A DNA stretch of 64,000 bases from positions 10,398-74,397 of the forward strand of contig DASZIU010000062.1 of NCBI GenBank assembly GCA_035948815.1, given 5' to 3'. The notes beneath the pieces are model-generated. The model was not told where the DNA came from, ran no database searches, and saw nothing but the letters and a program-made list of their open reading frames with translations. Below are positions 27,089 through 36,837 of this stretch, piece by piece; within the stretch, counting starts at the first letter, position 1, and each line of letters starts with the position of its first letter. The translations under genes were made by a program, and so were the position numbers. Origin of the DNA: Solirubrobacteraceae bacterium (GTDB taxonomy: Bacteria; Actinomycetota; Thermoleophilia; Solirubrobacterales; Solirubrobacteraceae).

Positions 27089-27961
27089 GTGCATCCGATC
27101 TCCTACTTCCAGGCGATCATCCTCGGCCTGACCCAGGGGATCGCCGAGCCCTTTCCGATCTCGAGCCTCGGGCATGGAGTCGTGCTGCCGCGCCTGGCGG
27201 GTTGGCACATCCACCAGAACGACAAGTTCTTCCTGACCTTCCTGATCGCCACGCACCTGGCCACGGCGATCGTGCTGCTGCTGTTCTTCCTCAAGGACTG
27301 GGTGGCGATCGTGAAGGGGCTTTGGCGCTCGCTGCAGATGCGCGAGATCCGCGACGACGACAAGTACGCACGGCTCGGCTGGCTGCTGGTCGCGGCCACG
27401 ATCCCGGTCGGGGTCATCGGGCTGCTGCTGCAGGAACCGCTGCGCCACCTGTTCGCCTCACCCCAGACCGCGGCGGCGTTCCTGATCGTCAACGGCGCGG
27501 CGCTGCTCGTCTTCGAGCGGCTGCGCCGGCGCCCTGCGCGCCCCGGCGACTACCTCGGCGACGTCGATGGCCGGCTCTCGAAACTGGGCTGGCGCCAGGC
27601 GGTCGGGGTCGGCACCTCGCAGGCCTTCGCGCTGATCCCCGGGATCTCCCGTTCGGGCTTCACGATGGGCGGCGGCCTGCTTGTGGGGTTGTCCAACGAC
27701 GACGCGGCGCGCTTCGGCTTCCTCTTGGCGACGCCCGTGATCTTCGCCGCCGCAGCCCTGAAGCTCCCGGAACTGTTCGGTTCGGCCGGCAACGGCGTGC
27801 GCGGCCCAGCGCTCGTGGCCGGCCTGTGCGCCGCCGCGATGACCTTCTTCGCGGTGAAGTTCCTGCTGCGCTTCTTCCAGACCAGAACCCTGATTCCGTT
27901 CGGCGTCTACTGCCTGGGGCTGGGCGTGGGCTGCACGCTCGTGTTCGCGCTCGGCGGCTGA
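27089..27961 (+). CDS. uppP: Undecaprenyl-diphosphatase (BacA family)
   Basis: GLTQGIAEPFPISSLGH, ATIPVG, Q..ALIPGISRSG; -10 TAAGCT 8 nt upstream. Confidence 0.9.
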   Translation: MHPISYFQAIILGLTQGIAEPFPISSLGHGVVLPRLAGWHIHQNDKFFLTFLIATHLATAIVLLLFFLKDWVAIVKGLWRSLQMREIRDDDKYARLGWLLVAATIPVGVIGLLLQEPLRHLFASPQTAAAFLIVNGAALLVFERLRRRPARPGDYLGDVDGRLSKLGWRQAVGVGTSQAFALIPGISRSGFTMGGGLLVGLSNDDAARFGFLLATPVIFAAAALKLPELFGSAGNGVRGPALVAGLCAAAMTFFAVKFLLRFFQTRTLIPFGVYCLGLGVGCTLVFALGG

Positions 27962-27975
27962 TAGTCAGGCGCCGG

Positions 27976-28230
27976 CTAGGCGCTCGCCGAGCTGGCCTTC
28001 GGCCCGGTGGCGAACCACGCGAAGGCGAAGCAGGCGAGCGCGACGACGATCGCGGCGATGCCGTGCTTGGTGTGGTGATGGCTCGCTTCGGCGCTCGTCG
28101 CCGAGCTGTGCCCGGGGAAGAACGAGGGCAGCGAGTGCTCCGGCGTGACGAAGTACACGATCGCCACCACGATCAGCACGATTCCGAGCAGCACCGCCGG
28201 GATGACCAGTTTTCGCAAAGTGGGGTTCAT
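27976..28230 (-). CDS. Small two-TM membrane protein with His-rich loop
   Basis: MNPTLRKLVI..YFVTPEHSLPSFFPGH..HHHTKHGIAA..WF. Confidence 0.7.
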   Translation of the reverse strand: MNPTLRKLVIPAVLLGIVLIVVAIVYFVTPEHSLPSFFPGHSSATSAEASHHHTKHGIAAIVVALACFAFAWFATGPKASSASA

Positions 28231-28303
28231 CGCGCAGGCATGGTAGAGCACGATCCGGCCCAACTGCGGGATCCCGGCTGCATATCGACCATGATTGGGG
28301 GCC

Positions 28304-29257
28304 ATGCCCGCCCCGCGACCGCCCTCGAGGATGTTCGAGACGCGCAGCTATGCCTGGAAGGAGGTCGGCCTGCTGCGCCAGATCAGCCCCCGCGTGGTCA
28401 AGCGGGCCCGTCTGGAGGCGCTGGTGCTGCTGCCCCTGTTCGTGGGCGTCGTGATCCTGTTCGAAAACCGTGTGAGCCTGATCGGCCCGGCCTCGCCACA
28501 CGAACACCCGCCCACGCTGGGATCGCTGGAAGCCCCGGTGCAGATCGTGACCGTGCTCGTGCTCGTGATCCTCGGCTGGGCGATCGCGCGCGACGTGGGC
28601 CGCGCGCTCGGCCCGCCGCTGTTCCGTCGCCTGGACCCCGCAACCGCCGGCACCGTCGGATTCCTGATCCGCCTGGCGACGGTCGCCGTGGCGGTGATCG
28701 TGGCGCTGAACGTCGCGGGCGTGCACGCCGCGACGCTTGCCCTCGGAGGCGCGTTCACCGCGGTCATCTTCGGGCTCGCCGCCCAGCAGACGCTCGGCAA
28801 CGTGATCGCCGGGACCGTGCTGCTGAGCGCTCGCCCCTTCCGCGTCGGCGAGCGGGTTCGCCTGCAGGGCGGGGGGCTCGCCGGCCAGATCGAGGGAACC
28901 GTCAGCTCGCTCGGCCTCCTCTACACGACCTTCGCGAGGGGCGACGACTCGATCATGGTGCCCAACAGCGTCGTCCTCAACGTGGCCGTGATCCCGCTGC
29001 GAGAGCCGGACGCGGTGAACCTGCGGGCCCGCCTGCGCGCCGGCATGACTCCCGGAGACATGCAGGAGGCGCTCGAGAAGTCCCTGCAGACGCCGCTGCG
29101 CGGGTCCCCGCGGATCACGCTCGAGGAGCTCGACGGCGACGAGGTCGTGGTGAGCATCGCCGCGACGCCGCGCCGAGCCGCGGAAGGGCGTCAGCTCGCG
29201 AGCGAACTGCTCGAGGTCGTCTCCCGGGAAAGCCGCGCGCGCGCCGAGACGCAGTAG
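28304..29257 (+). CDS. mscS: Small-conductance mechanosensitive channel family protein
   Basis: GLAAQQTLGNVIAG..RPFRVGERV..G.V..LGLLYTT..VPNS. Confidence 0.9.
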   Translation: MPAPRPPSRMFETRSYAWKEVGLLRQISPRVVKRARLEALVLLPLFVGVVILFENRVSLIGPASPHEHPPTLGSLEAPVQIVTVLVLVILGWAIARDVGRALGPPLFRRLDPATAGTVGFLIRLATVAVAVIVALNVAGVHAATLALGGAFTAVIFGLAAQQTLGNVIAGTVLLSARPFRVGERVRLQGGGLAGQIEGTVSSLGLLYTTFARGDDSIMVPNSVVLNVAVIPLREPDAVNLRARLRAGMTPGDMQEALEKSLQTPLRGSPRITLEELDGDEVVVSIAATPRRAAEGRQLASELLEVVSRESRARAETQ

Positions 29258-30057
29258 CGCAGGAACAGGTGGGAGTCGTGCTCGAGCACGCCCATCAGAT
29301 CCATCTCGAGCGGCGGCCGGAGCTCCTCGCCGGCAAGGATCCTCAGCGCCTCGCCGTCCATCGGGTCCCCGCCCGCGAGCTTCGGGGAGAGCGACAGGAA
29401 GAGCTCGTCTACGAGGCCCGCCGCGAGCAGCTGGCAGCTGAGATGCGGGCCGCCCTCGCACAGCAGCAGTTCGACGCCGTGGCGGCGGCGCAGCTCGGCC
29501 AGGGCGGCGGCGAGGTCCACCGCGCCGTCGGCGGCGGTTCGCACGTAGTCGACGCGAGCGGGGGTCTCGGGCAGCGAGGCCTCCGACGGCGTGAGCACGA
29601 CGACGTGCGCGTCGGGCTCTGCCAGCAGGGGCAGGTCCGGCGGCAGCGCGAGGCTCGAGGAGACGATGCACGCGAGCGGTTCGTCGCTGAGCCCCCGTTC
29701 GCGGCGCAGGCGCCGGCGGGCCGCATCCCGCGTGATCCGGCCGTAGCGCTCGACGCGCATCGTCCCGGCGCCGGCCATCACCGCGTCCGCGGGCGTGCGC
29801 AGGGCGTGAAACAGCTCACGATCGGCGGGCCCGGCGATCGGGCCCGAGCGACCGCCGATCGAGGCGCGGCCATCGACCGTACTGACCATGTTCAGCAGCA
29901 CGCGCGGGCCCTCGCCAGCGGCCGCCGGCCGCTTCCACAGGCCGAGCGACTCGACGATCTCCGGCGCGGTCGCGGGCTCGCCCGCCGGCAGCAGGGGGGT
30001 GATCCTGAGGGGCTCTGCGCCAGCCTCGGGTGCGTGCGGATCGGGGCCTCGGTCCAC
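29191..30057 (-). CDS. RibD C-terminal (pyrimidine reductase/DHFR-like) family protein
   Basis: NMVSTVDGR, ADAVMAGAGT, LCEGGPHL, LVDELFLSLSP. Confidence 0.9.
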   Translation of the reverse strand: MDRGPDPHAPEAGAEPLRITPLLPAGEPATAPEIVESLGLWKRPAAAGEGPRVLLNMVSTVDGRASIGGRSGPIAGPADRELFHALRTPADAVMAGAGTMRVERYGRITRDAARRRLRRERGLSDEPLACIVSSSLALPPDLPLLAEPDAHVVVLTPSEASLPETPARVDYVRTAADGAVDLAAALAELRRRHGVELLLCEGGPHLSCQLLAAGLVDELFLSLSPKLAGGDPMDGEALRILAGEELRPPLEMDLMGVLEHDSHLFLRYCVSARARLSRETTSSSSLAS

Positions 30058-30150
30058 TTGTCAACCCTATCCGTATCCGCGACACCGGGACGGCGCCGCG
30101 AAGCCGCTGAGAGCGGGTAAACAAGTCGATAACACGGGCTCATCCCGACC

Positions 30151-30276
30151 TGCTACCGTCGTGCTTGTCTGGCCGGCCCTGAAGGGTCGGCAAAAGAAGT
30201 GCACGCGCTCGCAGGTCGAGGCTCTGAGTAGCATCCTCCGGGGGGCAGCACGCACGAACCGTGGAGGAAAAGCCAC
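30151..30276 (+). promoter_or_regulatory. cspA promoter (extended -10 TGcTACCGT) and long structured 5' UTR
   Basis: TG-TACCGT at 30151-30159, hairpin CCGGCCCT-GAA-GGGTCGG, GGAGG RBS; long UTRs are typical of csp genes. Confidence 0.5.
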
Positions 30277-30480
30277 ATGCCAACCGGCACAGTCAAGTGG
30301 TTCAGCGACGACAAGGGCTTCGGCTTCATCACACCTGATGACGGCGACAAGGACCTGTTCGTCCACCACACCGGAATCAACGGTGAGGGCTACCGCTCCC
30401 TGCAAGAGGGTGCGAAGGTCTCCTACGACCCGGAGCAAGGGGACAAGGGCCCCAAGGCCGTAAACGTTCAGACGATCTGA
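30277..30480 (+). CDS. cspA: Cold-shock protein
   Basis: [15 protein letters not shown] (RNP1), DLFVHH (RNP2), 67 aa. Confidence 0.97.
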   Translation: MPTGTVKWFSDDKGFGFITPDDGDKDLFVHHTGINGEGYRSLQEGAKVSYDPEQGDKGPKAVNVQTI

Positions 30481-30502
30481 TCGTCTGAACATAGGTCTTT
30501 CA

Positions 30503-30528
30503 GGAGGGCCCGCTTCGGCGGGCCCTCC
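30503..30528 (+). terminator. Intrinsic terminator hairpin after cspA
   Basis: GGAGGGCCCGC-TTCG-GCGGGCCCTCC, perfect 11-bp stem. Confidence 0.85.
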
Positions 30529-30547
30529 GCATTCTCCGCCAGCTATC

Positions 30548-32122
30548 GTGGCGGCGGCGGTGGGCACCTCGGGCGACGCTTCAACATTTCCGCTGCGGGA
30601 CGGGGGGCTCCGCGAGCAGGACGCCGGGCCCGGCCGCCTGCGCCGGCTGACGTCAGAGCTCGACCGGATTCGCGCGGAGCCGCTGGCCGGCGCCGCGGCG
30701 CTCCTCTTCATCCCGGTCGCGAGCCTGATCCTGGTGCTGATGGCGGCCAACCGGCCGAGCCTGCTGGCGCCGGCGACCCACACGAACTTCTATCCGGGCT
30801 GGATGGCTGGGCCCCTGGGGGGCCTGCTGCCATGGCTGACCGGCAACGGGACGGCGCTCCGGCTCATCTTCACGGCGGCGATCGTGCTCATGTACGTCGC
30901 CTACGTTCTCACGCTGACCCAGGCCCGGCGGCTGCCGGCCCGTTGGGTGGTCGCGACGATCCTCGTCGTTCACGCGATCTTCCTGCTCGCGCCGCCGATG
31001 GCGCTGACCGACGTCTTCAACTACATCAACTACGGCCGCATGGAGGTCGTGCACAGCCTCAACCCGTACACGACGATCCCGATCTCCGAGCCGCACGGCG
31101 ATCCGAGCTACGCGCTCAGCAACTGGCACCAGCTGCTCAGCCCGTACGGTCCTCTGTTCACGCTGATCACGTTCGCCGTCGTCCCGCTGGGCGTAGCAGG
31201 GTCCTTCTGGGCGTTGAAGTGCATCCTCGCGGCGGCGAGCCTGGGCACGATCTACCTCGTCTGGCGGTGCGCAAAGCTGCTGGGCCGCGACCCGGTCCTG
31301 GCGATCGCCTTCGTCGGGCTGAACCCGATCGTGCTCGTGTGGGGGCTGGGCGGCGACCACAACGACTTCCTGACGATGCTGCTGATCGTGCTCGGCTTCT
31401 ACCTGATCGCCCTGAGACGCGGCGCCTCCGACAGCCGGCGCGCGGATGGCGCCTCTGCGCCCGAAGCTGCACGCCGGCGGTGGCGGCCGCCACCATGGTC
31501 CGTCGATCTCGGCGGGGGCGCGGCCTTCGCGACGGCGGCCGGCATCAAGGCCTCGGCGGGAATCCTGATCCCCGTCGTGATCGCCGGCCTGCTGCGCACA
31601 CCGCGCCGCCTTGGTGCCGTCGTCCTCGGGATGGCCGTCGCCGGCACGGTCGTCGGCCTGGCCAGCCTGGTCGCGTTCGGCCTGCACATCCCCGACCTCA
31701 ACACGCAGAGCCGCCTCGTGACGAATGAGAGCGTCCCGAACCTGATCGGGCTGCTGGTCGGAGCCGGCGGCGAGAGCGAAGCGGTCCGCTTCGTGATGAG
31801 CGCGGTGCTCGGCTGCTCGCTTGTGCTCTGCTGCATCATGGCCTGGCGCAGGCGGGACTCGATCGGAGCATCGGGCTGGGCCAGCGTGGCGCTTCTCGTG
31901 ACCCTCAGCTGGGTGCTGCCGTGGTATGTGCTCTGGGTACTGCCGCTGGCGGCGCTCGCCGGCTCGCGCAGGCTGCGAAACGTCGCCCTCGTCCTCGGCG
32001 TGTATCTGATCGTCGCCTGGGCGCCGGCCTCGACATTGCTGTGGAACGCGATCGGCTTTCACCCGGAACACACGGCGCTCGGGCACCTGCACCAGCGCTA
32101 TGTCAAGGAGCTGCTGAACTAG
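30548..32122 (+). CDS. GT-C polyprenol-phosphate-mannose-dependent glycosyltransferase (MptB/GT87-like)
   Basis: Multi-TM; PPMALTDVFNYINYGR, NPY, SPYGPLF, LNP..GGDHND, IK, LPWY. Confidence 0.8.
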   Translation: MAAAVGTSGDASTFPLRDGGLREQDAGPGRLRRLTSELDRIRAEPLAGAAALLFIPVASLILVLMAANRPSLLAPATHTNFYPGWMAGPLGGLLPWLTGNGTALRLIFTAAIVLMYVAYVLTLTQARRLPARWVVATILVVHAIFLLAPPMALTDVFNYINYGRMEVVHSLNPYTTIPISEPHGDPSYALSNWHQLLSPYGPLFTLITFAVVPLGVAGSFWALKCILAAASLGTIYLVWRCAKLLGRDPVLAIAFVGLNPIVLVWGLGGDHNDFLTMLLIVLGFYLIALRRGASDSRRADGASAPEAARRRWRPPPWSVDLGGGAAFATAAGIKASAGILIPVVIAGLLRTPRRLGAVVLGMAVAGTVVGLASLVAFGLHIPDLNTQSRLVTNESVPNLIGLLVGAGGESEAVRFVMSAVLGCSLVLCCIMAWRRRDSIGASGWASVALLVTLSWVLPWYVLWVLPLAALAGSRRLRNVALVLGVYLIVAWAPASTLLWNAIGFHPEHTALGHLHQRYVKELLN

Positions 32123-32182
32123 CCGCCGACGGTTCGGAGCGCCAGGCCGCAACGCGCGCTCCCGCAGGCGCCTCCGCCACGC

Positions 32183-32623
32183 TCACCATCCTTCACCGCC
32201 CGCCGGCGGGCGCCGGCGAGCGGCCTTGCGCTGAGCGGCGCGGCGCTTTGCGTCCAGACGGCGTGCGCGCGACGCGGCGGTGGGTGTGGTGCCGCGGCGC
32301 CTGCGCGGCACCGCCAGCGCGTGGCGCAGCCGTTCGGCGAGCCTCCGCAGGGCCAGCTCGCGGTTGCGAGACTGCGAGCGCGCGTCCTGAGCCACCGCAA
32401 CGACCCGCGGGCCGGCGCGTGCGAGTAGCCGCTCGCGCTGCTCCTCGCTCAGCGAGGCGGAGGCAAGCACGTCGAACACCGCTTCCACGCGCGAGGCGGT
32501 GACATTGGCATGCTGGCCGCCGGGTCCCGAGGAGCGACTCGCCCGCAGGCTCACCTCGGCGAGGGGGATGCTGAGCTCGGCGTTGACCGGCAGGAACCGG
32601 CGCGAGCTCTCAGGCTCGCTCAT
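32183..32623 (-). CDS. arfB: Alternative ribosome rescue peptidyl-tRNA hydrolase
   Basis: RSSGPGGQHAN, RSQSRNRELA, basic C-terminal tail. Confidence 0.92.
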   Translation of the reverse strand: MSEPESSRRFLPVNAELSIPLAEVSLRASRSSGPGGQHANVTASRVEAVFDVLASASLSEEQRERLLARAGPRVVAVAQDARSQSRNRELALRRLAERLRHALAVPRRRRGTTPTAASRARRLDAKRRAAQRKAARRRPPAGGEGW

Positions 32624-32647
32624 GCCGGCGGCCGGCGGCGAGGGATC

Positions 32648-33091
32648 TCACCCCTTCCGCTCCGCGGGCGCGTCGACGGCTTTGACGCGTTCCTCCTCGC
32701 CATCGCGCACGCGCCCATCCCGCCCGACGTAGCCGTCCTTGCCGCCGACGCAGACGTACACGGCATCGACATCGCCGCGGTTGCGGATCTTGCGGACGGT
32801 CGCTGCGTCCACCCGCACGAAGCCGCCCTCCGGCAGGGAGACAGCCGAGCCGTCGCCGAACTCCATCTCGATCGAGCCCCGGTGGACGAAATACAGCTCC
32901 TCCTGAGCGTCGTGGTAGTGAAAGCCGGTCTCCAGACCCGGCGGCAGGACGATCGCGTTGACGCCGAAGGCCGTGACCTCGAGGCCACGGCGGACCTTGC
33001 GAAAGCCGGGGCCCGCGCCGAGGTCATCGAGATGGCCGGCCGCGTAGCCCTGACCTCGCCTAACGTTCGGAAACTCGCTGGGTGGCTGCAT
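32648..33091 (-). CDS. Cupin domain protein
   Basis: FGVNAIVL, HYHDAQEELYFVHRG. Confidence 0.85.
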   Translation of the reverse strand: MQPPSEFPNVRRGQGYAAGHLDDLGAGPGFRKVRRGLEVTAFGVNAIVLPPGLETGFHYHDAQEELYFVHRGSIEMEFGDGSAVSLPEGGFVRVDAATVRKIRNRGDVDAVYVCVGGKDGYVGRDGRVRDGEEERVKAVDAPAERKG

Positions 33092-33118
33092 GTGCCTCGC
33101 CTCCTTCGGGCGGTCTGC

Positions 33119-33475
33119 TCAATGCTCGGCAACGTATCCGTCGACGGGCTCGAGCGTCCGCTCCTCGCCGGCCCAGCGAACCAGCCCGCCGCTCATCGAG
33201 TACGCCTCGAGGCCCGCGGCGCGGAACGCCTGCGCCGCCATCTCAGAGCGCGCCCCGACGCGGCAGTAGAAGACGACGGGCCGCTCGCGGTCGAGCGTGG
33301 CCGCCTGCGAGGAGAGGTGCACCAGCTCGATATGCCGGGAGCCGGCGATGTGGCCGGCCTCGCGCTCGTAGGTCTCGCGCACGTCCACCAGCTGCAGCTG
33401 CGGTTCCTCCGCGAGCCACGCGTCCACTCTCTCTGGGTCTATCTCGAGCTGTGATGCCTGCTCCGGCGCGCTCAT
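33119..33475 (-). CDS. Rhodanese-like domain protein
   Basis: DVRE..E..GHIAGS, YCRVGARS, GGLVRW. Confidence 0.9.
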   Translation of the reverse strand: MSAPEQASQLEIDPERVDAWLAEEPQLQLVDVRETYEREAGHIAGSRHIELVHLSSQAATLDRERPVVFYCRVGARSEMAAQAFRAAGLEAYSMSGGLVRWAGEERTLEPVDGYVAEH

Positions 33476-33669
33476 ACAAATGAGCCTAGCGACGAGGCCC
33501 GGAGAGGCTCAGCGTCCACCCGGCGGCCGTCCGGGCGGGGGCGGGGCCAGCCGTCGACCAGTGGGCGCGCGGAGGCGTTACCCGGGCCGCCAGTCGAGGA
33601 ACCGATGGGCGCCCGCGGCCATGTCCAACAACGGCGCGCAGGCCGCCGCGCATCACTAGCATCCCGCGC

Positions 33670-34815
33670 ATGGAGGCGGTCACTGACGTTTACACGATCC
33701 CCCAGGAGCACCTCGACTTCTGCGCGACAATCGGCCAGATGGCGCGGGAGAAGATCGCCCCCCGTTCCGCTGAGATCGACGAGCAGGCCGAATACCCCTG
33801 GGACGTGCGCCGGCTGCTAGCCGAGCAGGACGTCCTCGGGCTGCCCTTCCCGATCGAGTACGGCGGAACGGGCACGGGCACGCTGATGCTGAACATGGCC
33901 GTCGAGGAGATCGCGAAGGTCGATGCCGCCTGTGCGCTGATCCTGATGGTGCAGGAGCTCGGGACGCTGCCGATCCAGCTGTTCGGTGCAGACGAGCTCA
34001 AGGAGCGCTTCCTGCCCCGGTGCGCGACCGGGGAGTGGTCGCCCGCGTTCGCTCTGTCCGAGCCCGAGGCCGGTTCGGATCCGGCGGGGATGAAGACGAC
34101 CGCGGTCCGAGACGGCGAGGAGTGGGTGATCAACGGCACCAAGAACTGGATCTCAAACCTCGGCATCGCGGAGTTCTACATCTGCTTCGCGGTCACCGAC
34201 CGGGAGAGCCGCCGCATGACCGCCTTCGTCGTCGAGGCCGACCGCCCGGGGTTCAGCGTGGGCAAGCTCGAGCACAAGCTCGGGATACGGGCCTCGCCCA
34301 CCGGACAGCCGATCTTCGAGGACGTCCGAGTGCCGCACGAGAACGTCATCGGCGAGGTCGGCAAGGGCCTCTCGGTCGCGCTGGGGACGCTCGAGCGCAC
34401 CCGGCTCGGCGCCGCCGCGCAGGCGGTCGGAATCGCGCAGGGGGCGACCGACTACGCCGTCGCCTATGCCCGCGAGCGCCGGCAGTTCGGCAAGGCGATC
34501 AACGAGTTCCAGGGCATCCAGTTCAAGCTGGCCGACATGGAAACCCGCACTGCCGCGGCGCGCGAGCTCCTCTACAAGGCCTGCGCGATGGCCGACCAGC
34601 TCCATCCTCAGCGGGCCAAGTACTCCTCGATGGCGAAGGTCTTCTGCTCGGACACGGCGATGGCCGTGACGGTCGAGGCGGTTCAGGTGCTGGGCGGCTA
34701 CGGTTACGTGAAGGAGTATCCGGTGGAGCGCATGATGAGAGACGCCAAGATCACCCAGATCTACGAGGGGACGAACGAGATTCAGCGTCTCGTGATCGCC
34801 CGCACGCTCAAATAG
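33670..34815 (+). CDS. Acyl-CoA dehydrogenase
   Basis: FALSEPEAGSD, INGTKNWI, R.QFGK.I..FQ, QVLGGYGY, IYEGTNEIQ; leaderless -10 TAGCAT 7 nt upstream. Confidence 0.95.
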   Translation: MEAVTDVYTIPQEHLDFCATIGQMAREKIAPRSAEIDEQAEYPWDVRRLLAEQDVLGLPFPIEYGGTGTGTLMLNMAVEEIAKVDAACALILMVQELGTLPIQLFGADELKERFLPRCATGEWSPAFALSEPEAGSDPAGMKTTAVRDGEEWVINGTKNWISNLGIAEFYICFAVTDRESRRMTAFVVEADRPGFSVGKLEHKLGIRASPTGQPIFEDVRVPHENVIGEVGKGLSVALGTLERTRLGAAAQAVGIAQGATDYAVAYARERRQFGKAINEFQGIQFKLADMETRTAAARELLYKACAMADQLHPQRAKYSSMAKVFCSDTAMAVTVEAVQVLGGYGYVKEYPVERMMRDAKITQIYEGTNEIQRLVIARTLK

Positions 34816-34824
34816 GGCAGCTCG

Positions 34825-35475
34825 ATGAGTGGGTCGTCCCGACCAGGCCACAACAACCCGCTCCGGCGGGTGGGCCTGGCCGCGTTGATCGCCCTGTCCC
34901 TGGGCCTCGTCGTGATCGTCGTCGGTCAGGGCTTCAGCACGGTGGGGGTCGTACGCGCTCTGGAGGACGTCGCCCTCGGCGTGATCGTCGCGGCCGTCCT
35001 GATGGGCGGCGTGGCGTTCGTCGCGGTTCGCATGGCGGGCTGGCGCGACCCGGAGTCCGAGACAGAGTTCGAAGAGATCGTGCGCAACTCGGAGGCGCTG
35101 GCTCGCGAAGGGCTCGCCGTCCCCCCCGACGAAAGCGAGTTCATGGAGCTCGACCCGCTCGACGACCACGACTTCGAAGAGCTGGTCAGGGACGCGCTGG
35201 ACGACCTCCCCGACCTGCTCCAGAACGCGCTCTCACACGTCGCCGTCGTGATCTCCGACGGCGGCCGTCGCCGCGGCGCCTACGGCCTCTACCAGGGCGA
35301 CGGCGCGGTCCGCGACAACACGCATGACCGGATCGTGATCTTCCGCGACACCCTTCGCCGCGACTTCGGGCACGACCCCGAGCTGCTGCGCGACCAGGTG
35401 ACGCGCACCTTGCGCCATGAGCTCGCCCACCATGTCGGCTTCGACGAGCTGGGCGTCAGCCGCCTCGATCTGTAG
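34825..35475 (+). CDS. Membrane-anchored zincin-like metallopeptidase (DUF1025-like)
   Basis: Two N-terminal TMs, YGLYQG, RIVIFR, HELAHH. Confidence 0.8.
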   Translation: MSGSSRPGHNNPLRRVGLAALIALSLGLVVIVVGQGFSTVGVVRALEDVALGVIVAAVLMGGVAFVAVRMAGWRDPESETEFEEIVRNSEALAREGLAVPPDESEFMELDPLDDHDFEELVRDALDDLPDLLQNALSHVAVVISDGGRRRGAYGLYQGDGAVRDNTHDRIVIFRDTLRRDFGHDPELLRDQVTRTLRHELAHHVGFDELGVSRLDL

Positions 35476-35561
35476 CCGATCGCCTAGGATCAGATCCCTC
35501 GACCCGTCCGCCGCAACGCGCTGAGCGCCGAGCGCCCAGCCGACCAAGGAGAGAGCCCCGC

Positions 35562-36752
35562 ATGCCAGAGGCAGTAATCGTCGACGCCATCAGAACCCCG
35601 ATCGGCCGTGCGGTCAAGGGATCGCTCAAATCCGTTCGCGCCGACGACCTGGCGGCGATCCCCCTGAAAGCGCTGATCGAGCGCAACCCGCAGCTCGACC
35701 CGAAGTCGATCGGCGACGTGATGATGGGCTGCGGCAACGCCGAAGGCGAGGCCGGCTACAACGTCGGGCGCAACGCGACGCTGCTGGCCGGCATCGACCA
35801 TCACGTTCCGGGCACGACCGTGAACCGCTTCTGCGCCTCCTCGCTGCAGACGACCCGGATGGCATTCCACGCGATCAAGGCGGGCGAGGGCGACACGTAC
35901 GTCGCCGCCGGCGTCGAGGCCGTCTCGCGCGCCACGCAGGGCGGCCCGTTCGAGTTCCACCCGAAGCTCGACGGGTCCGAGGGCTCCCTCTACAACGCCT
36001 ACATCTCCATGGGAATGACCGCCGAGAACGTCGCCGAGCGCTGCAAGGTCAGCCGCGAGGCGCAGGACGAGTGGGCCGTCATCTCCCAGGCGCGGGCCGT
36101 CGCCGCGCAGGAGTCCGGGCACTTCGACAAGGAAATCGTCCCCGTGCTCGCGCCGGCCCACAAGGACACCGACAGGGAAGGCAACGAGGTGGACGTGCCG
36201 GAGAAGCTCGTCACCAAGGATGACGGCCCCCGAGCCGGCACGACGATGGAGCGGCTCGCGGCGCTGAAGCCGGTGTTCAAGGAGGGGGGCACCGTCACCG
36301 CGGGGAACGCCTGTCCGCTGAACGACGGCGCCGCCGCCCTGCTGGTCATGAGCGAGGAGCGCGCCGGCGAGCTGGGGCTGAAGCCGAAAGCCCGGATCAT
36401 CGCCTCGACCGTCGCTGCGATTCGTCCCGAGATCATGGGCCTCGGGCCGATCCCCGCGATCCAGCAGCTGCTCAAGAACACGGGCATGACCATGGACGAC
36501 ATCGACGTCGTCGAGATCAACGAGGCGTTCGCCGCGCAGATCGTGCCGTGCAAGGAAGATCTCGGCATCGACGATGAGAAGCTCAACCCGTTCGGCGGCG
36601 CGATCGCGCTCGGGCACCCGTTCGGGATGACCGGCGCCCGGATCATGACCACGCTGCTCAACGACCTCGAGACGCTCGACGGCACCTATGGCCTCGAGTC
36701 GATGTGCGTCGCCGGCGGCATGGGCATGGCGATGCTCGTCGAGCGCCTGTAG
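35562..36752 (+). CDS. Acetyl-CoA C-acyltransferase (thiolase)
   Basis: NRFCASS, TAGN, EINEAFA, GHPFG, MCVAGGMG. Confidence 0.95.
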   Translation: MPEAVIVDAIRTPIGRAVKGSLKSVRADDLAAIPLKALIERNPQLDPKSIGDVMMGCGNAEGEAGYNVGRNATLLAGIDHHVPGTTVNRFCASSLQTTRMAFHAIKAGEGDTYVAAGVEAVSRATQGGPFEFHPKLDGSEGSLYNAYISMGMTAENVAERCKVSREAQDEWAVISQARAVAAQESGHFDKEIVPVLAPAHKDTDREGNEVDVPEKLVTKDDGPRAGTTMERLAALKPVFKEGGTVTAGNACPLNDGAAALLVMSEERAGELGLKPKARIIASTVAAIRPEIMGLGPIPAIQQLLKNTGMTMDDIDVVEINEAFAAQIVPCKEDLGIDDEKLNPFGGAIALGHPFGMTGARIMTTLLNDLETLDGTYGLESMCVAGGMGMAMLVERL

Positions 36753-36802
36753 CGCGCCGTCAGAGGCAGGGTTCGGACCTGTCGATATGCGGCTGCCCTG
36801 AC

Positions 36803-36829
36803 TCAGGTTTGCCGCTGCTCGCGTCGATA
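36803..36829 (+). promoter_or_regulatory. Putative sigma-28 (FliA/WhiG-type) promoter
   Basis: TCAGG-N15-GTCGATA; a second TCAGA-N16-GTCGATA lies at 36760-36787. Confidence 0.5.
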
Positions 36830-36837
36830 GGAGAGCG

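Noticed and set aside
26899-30120. 1073-aa + strand ORF
   Set aside because: Arg/Pro/Gly-rich shadow frame spanning four recognisable genes (uppP, small protein, mscS, ribD-like); a high-GC artefact.
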